Source: Spirochaetia bacterium (GTDB lineage: Bacteria > Spirochaetota > Spirochaetia > UBA9216). Taken from it: a stretch of 64,000 bases of DNA. The notes under the pieces are model-generated. The model worked only from the letters and a program-made list of their open reading frames with translations, did no database searches and was not told the DNA's origin. The stretch is taken from the NCBI GenBank assembly GCA_963675665.1, contig OY776510.1, forward strand, positions 3,680,001 to 3,744,000, in the 5' to 3' direction. Numbering within the stretch: the stretch's first letter is position 1; each line of letters begins with the position of its first letter. Shown here piece by piece: positions 60,851 through 64,000 of the stretch. A program made the translations under genes and the position numbers.

Positions 60851-61171
60851 TTATTTCACTCCGGCAAGTTCATCATACATCAGCCTCGCAATTCCGAAGC
60901 TTCCTGTATCGGCCATTGATTTGGAATATTCATCATAAAGCATATCTTCAAAAATATTTTCAGCCATCCCGCCGTCAAGTAATCCGCTTTTATTTACCGT
61001 CTTTTTCATGGTGTCAAGCATTTGCTTGATAAATAATGCCTCAAAGTCCCGGCATGCTTCCTTAAGCTTTTCTGATTCTGCATTATTTAGCTTGCCGTTT
61101 TTCATGCTGTTCAGCTGACTCTCAAGTAAAGTGTTATTGTATTGAAGGCTTGCCGTATCCGTTACCGTCAT
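60851..61171 (-). CDS. flgJ: Flagellar rod-binding protein (single-domain FlgJ)
   Basis: LKEAC.DFEALFIKQML..M, IFEDMLYDEYS, GIA...Y. Confidence 0.85.
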   Translation of the reverse strand: MTVTDTASLQYNNTLLESQLNSMKNGKLNNAESEKLKEACRDFEALFIKQMLDTMKKTVNKSGLLDGGMAENIFEDMLYDEYSKSMADTGSFGIARLMYDELAGVK

Positions 61172-61183
61172 TTATCTACCCTG

Positions 61184-61978
61184 CTATCTTTTAAGATTAT
61201 TTGCGATTTGAAGCATCGAGTCCGACGTCTGTATGGCTTTCGAATTAAGTTCATATGCTCTCTGGGCAACAATCATGTTAACCATCTCCTGAACTACCGA
61301 AACATTGGACATTTCGAGGAATTTATGCTGGACCGTTCCCATGCCGTCGAACCCGGGCCTGCCGCCTATGGGATCGCCGGAAGCGTTTGTAACCTTCAGA
61401 AGGTTTTCACCAATAGCGTTAAGTCCGGCAGGGTTAACAAAGCGGAAAAGCTGCATCTGGCCGACCTGAAGGGGATCATCGCTGCCTGCAATTTTTACTG
61501 TTATCCGGCCGTCCTGCGAAATAGTCAGAGAATCCCGTACAAAACCTTCCGGCAGTACTACATCAGGCATAAGCCGATAACCCTGAGATGTGACCAGCTG
61601 CCCGTTTGAATCGATTTTAAGCGCTCCGTCGCGCGTGTATCCGTATGTTCCGTCAATCAGCATTACACGCATAAAGCCTTCGCCCTGAATGGCAAGGTCT
61701 GAAATATTGCCGGTGTTCTGAAGAGCTCCCTGTGTGTACATTTTCTGGGTAGCTGCAACCTTTACACCATGGCCCACCTGAACTCCGGTAGGAACAACAG
61801 TCAATTCGGTCGCCGGGGTTCCCGCAGTTCTGGTTGTCTGGTACAGAAGATCTTCAAAATCAACACGATTCTGTTTGAATCCGGTAGTATTTACATTCGA
61901 AAGGTTATTTGAAATTGTATCAATATTGTACTGCTGTCCGGTCATTCCGGAAGCTGCTGTATACAATGATCTCATCAT
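61184..61978 (-). CDS. flgG: Flagellar basal-body rod protein FlgG
   Basis: SNNLSNVNTTGFK, FEDLLYQ, YTRDG, LEMSNV, QRAYELNSK. Confidence 0.95.
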   Translation of the reverse strand: MMRSLYTAASGMTGQQYNIDTISNNLSNVNTTGFKQNRVDFEDLLYQTTRTAGTPATELTVVPTGVQVGHGVKVAATQKMYTQGALQNTGNISDLAIQGEGFMRVMLIDGTYGYTRDGALKIDSNGQLVTSQGYRLMPDVVLPEGFVRDSLTISQDGRITVKIAGSDDPLQVGQMQLFRFVNPAGLNAIGENLLKVTNASGDPIGGRPGFDGMGTVQHKFLEMSNVSVVQEMVNMIVAQRAYELNSKAIQTSDSMLQIANNLKR

Positions 61979-61991
61979 GGTCGTTTACCCC

Positions 61992-62837
61992 TTATACCCT
62001 TACTGCCTGGTTTATCAGTTTATCCGTCATCTGATCATGAGCCGATATTACTTTCTGGTTTGCTTCATAAGCCCTGTTTACCGAAATCATTGCAACCATT
62101 TCGGTAACAGAATTGACATTGGATTTTTCAAGAAAACCCTGGATTGTTTTTGTTGATGCTCCAAGAGCAACATTTTTCGGATCACCTGATTCATCAGTGG
62201 CCATCCACATTGAATTTCCCTGCTTCTTCAAATATCTGTCTCTGGTAAAATCTACAATTTTCAGCGTATCGACAAGCTCCATATTTGCCCAGTCGTTTTC
62301 CTTCATTGAAACAAGTCTTTCGGGGTCGTCTGCAAAGTCTGCGTTCTGGTAAACCCTGCCCTGCTTATCGATTACAAAATTGTTCAACTTCAGATATATT
62401 TTTCCATTTTCACCTTCAACGGGCATACCGTCCTTTGTGACGAGAAGGCCGTTGTCATCTATCAAAAAAGTTCCGTTTCTTGTGTATCTCTCTCCGAGAG
62501 GAGTTTCAACTGTAAAAAATCCTTTTCCGTCCAGGGCTATATCAAAGGGGTTTCCGGTTTCTTTCAGCGATCCCTGTTCAAATTGTGTATAAATCTCATT
62601 CAGCTCAACACCGCTTCCGAGTTTACCAACAACGGGCGTTGTATCAACTGATCCGAATGGAAACTTATAGACTTCGTCATTCATCCTGCGGATAAGCATT
62701 TGAGGAAAAGATTTTTGTACAGAGGTATCTTTCTTGTAGCCTGTTGTATCAACATTGGCCAGATTGTTCGCAAGCGCGTCCATTTTGTGAATCTGGGCCT
62801 GCATTCCGCTGGCACCGGTATATATACCCCTTAGCAT
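61992..62837 (-). CDS. Flagellar hook-basal body rod protein (FlgF/FlhO)
   Basis: ANNLANVDTTGYK, ETGNPFDIAL, YTRNG, GFLEKSNV, RAYEANQK. Confidence 0.9.
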   Translation of the reverse strand: MLRGIYTGASGMQAQIHKMDALANNLANVDTTGYKKDTSVQKSFPQMLIRRMNDEVYKFPFGSVDTTPVVGKLGSGVELNEIYTQFEQGSLKETGNPFDIALDGKGFFTVETPLGERYTRNGTFLIDDNGLLVTKDGMPVEGENGKIYLKLNNFVIDKQGRVYQNADFADDPERLVSMKENDWANMELVDTLKIVDFTRDRYLKKQGNSMWMATDESGDPKNVALGASTKTIQGFLEKSNVNSVTEMVAMISVNRAYEANQKVISAHDQMTDKLINQAVRV

Positions 62838-62866
62838 TTTTTCCTCCGCAGAAACTTCTATTTTGA

Positions 62867-62893
62867 ATATCGGATTTTGAAAAAATGTCTTGA
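62867..62893 (-). promoter_or_regulatory. Putative sigma28 promoter of rod operon
   Basis: TCAA-N15-TCCGATAT. Confidence 0.6.
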
Positions 62894-63064
62894 GATTTTA
62901 TTAAAGGATATTTTTCATATAAATAAAATTGTCAGCAGACTTCATTTTTTTTGTCCATGTGGATAGCTATGGACGATATGAATCCCCGATTTAGATATAT
63001 TTTTCCCAATCATTCAGAAATCTTCCTGCGGCATCGGGAAGTTTTTTAATAACGGAGGATATTT

Positions 63065-64000
63065 ATGAAAAATACTAACAGAAAACCGCTTGTCCGTAAA
63101 AAGTATTCATTTTTTGAACTGCTTAAGGTGATTTTTTCGAAAATTTCAGGCGGAAAATCTAAAAGCGAATTGTGTATTCCGGGTTTCGCCGAAACAATCC
63201 AATTCAGGTCTGTAGCTTCATATCAAGAAAACAGCTCAGCTGCAGACACCGCATCTCAATTGAGCCGGGAGCAAATCTTTTCGGCCATGCTAACGAATAA
63301 TCTGCGCGGTTTTGGGGGCGCCGGATTCCCGATGGCTGAAAAACTGAAGGCTGTTCTGGATTCCGGGCACGCCGAACCTGTTCTGATCATTAACAGCACA
63401 GAATGCGATCCCGGACTCTATCATGATAAATGGATTCTTGAAAACAAACAGAAGGAACTTGAAAACATTTCAGGAATTCTCCGTTCGGTTTTCGGCTTAT
63501 CCGGCATCTATCTTGCCAAAAAGAAAGGAACGCCTCCGGTTAGGCTGGAGGGCGTAACTGTCGTTGATATACCGGATATATATCCTGCCGGAGAGGAGAA
63601 CAAACTGGTTTCCTGGCTTCTGGGCATCGAATGCGGGGAGAATGAATATCCCGCACAAAAAGGGGTCTGGGTCCAGAATGTGCAGTCGCTCCTTATGTTG
63701 CATTCAGTTCTATCGGGCGATCTGCCTCTCAGATATATCACCATGACGGATCTGAACCGAAAGCATGCAGTTGTTGTTGAGTGTAATATCGATTCTTCAA
63801 TAGAGTATTTGGCCAGGGAAGTTTTCGGAAAATACGATCAGCTGTATCTCGGCGGAGGAATAATGCAGAGTTATCCCGCAACCGGCAATAAAACACTTGA
63901 CAGCAGAATAAACCTGATTGCCGCCGGTAAAACCGCAGAATTTTCCGATAAAGACTGCCACCACTGCGGTCAGTGCACTCGATACTGCACGGCTGATCTT
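63065..64000 (+). CDS. RnfC/PduS-like flavin-[4Fe-4S] protein (runs off window end; missing from ORF track)
   Basis: GGAGGA RBS; GFGGAGFP..K, IINSTECDP...D, YPAGEE, QNVQS, CHHCGQCTRYC. Confidence 0.8.
   Translation, partial: MKNTNRKPLVRKKYSFFELLKVIFSKISGGKSKSELCIPGFAETIQFRSVASYQENSSAADTASQLSREQIFSAMLTNNLRGFGGAGFPMAEKLKAVLDSGHAEPVLIINSTECDPGLYHDKWILENKQKELENISGILRSVFGLSGIYLAKKKGTPPVRLEGVTVVDIPDIYPAGEENKLVSWLLGIECGENEYPAQKGVWVQNVQSLLMLHSVLSGDLPLRYITMTDLNRKHAVVVECNIDSSIEYLAREVFGKYDQLYLGGGIMQSYPATGNKTLDSRINLIAAGKTAEFSDKDCHHCGQCTRYCTADL

Noticed and set aside
392-63746. Many short antisense or off-frame ORFs in the track
   Set aside because: Shadows of well-supported genes, without RBS or recognisable motifs
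1-64000. CRISPR array, rRNA, prophage or integron
   Set aside because: No regularly spaced repeats, rRNA-like sequence, phage genes or integrase seen

Overview
Chromosomal segment of a spirochaete, probably a free-living Spirochaetaceae-type organism (two flaA sheath genes, flhO/flgF-flgG-flgJ rod genes, class II fba). It is mostly housekeeping and transport genes: Gld-like ABC parts, K+ channel, three ABC systems including a Yip1-TolC-MFP-MacB-type exporter, UvrD/Rep, RecQ, DEAD-box helicase, two TatD, TcdA, TsaD and an RnfC-like gene cut by the window end. It also holds tRNA-Leu(UAA) followed by an accessory block (ArsR/ArsP, aldo-keto reductase/AraC), an intact IS66 with 8-bp target duplication, and an IS110-superfamily (IS1111-type) element. 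Most notable: (1) the IS1111 non-coding end carries a readable bridge/seek RNA whose guides match its REP-like target and donor junction; (2) a His-rich domain-TM-sCache_2-TM-PAS-DUF294 nucleotidyltransferase sits in an actP/DUF485/satP acetate-uptake cluster; (3) an rpoS-like gene has a consensus sigma54 promoter in Borrelia-like synteny; (4) about 13 genes look leaderless; (5) there is a candidate anti-Shine-Dalgarno sRNA. All family calls come from motif recognition by eye; no searches were run.
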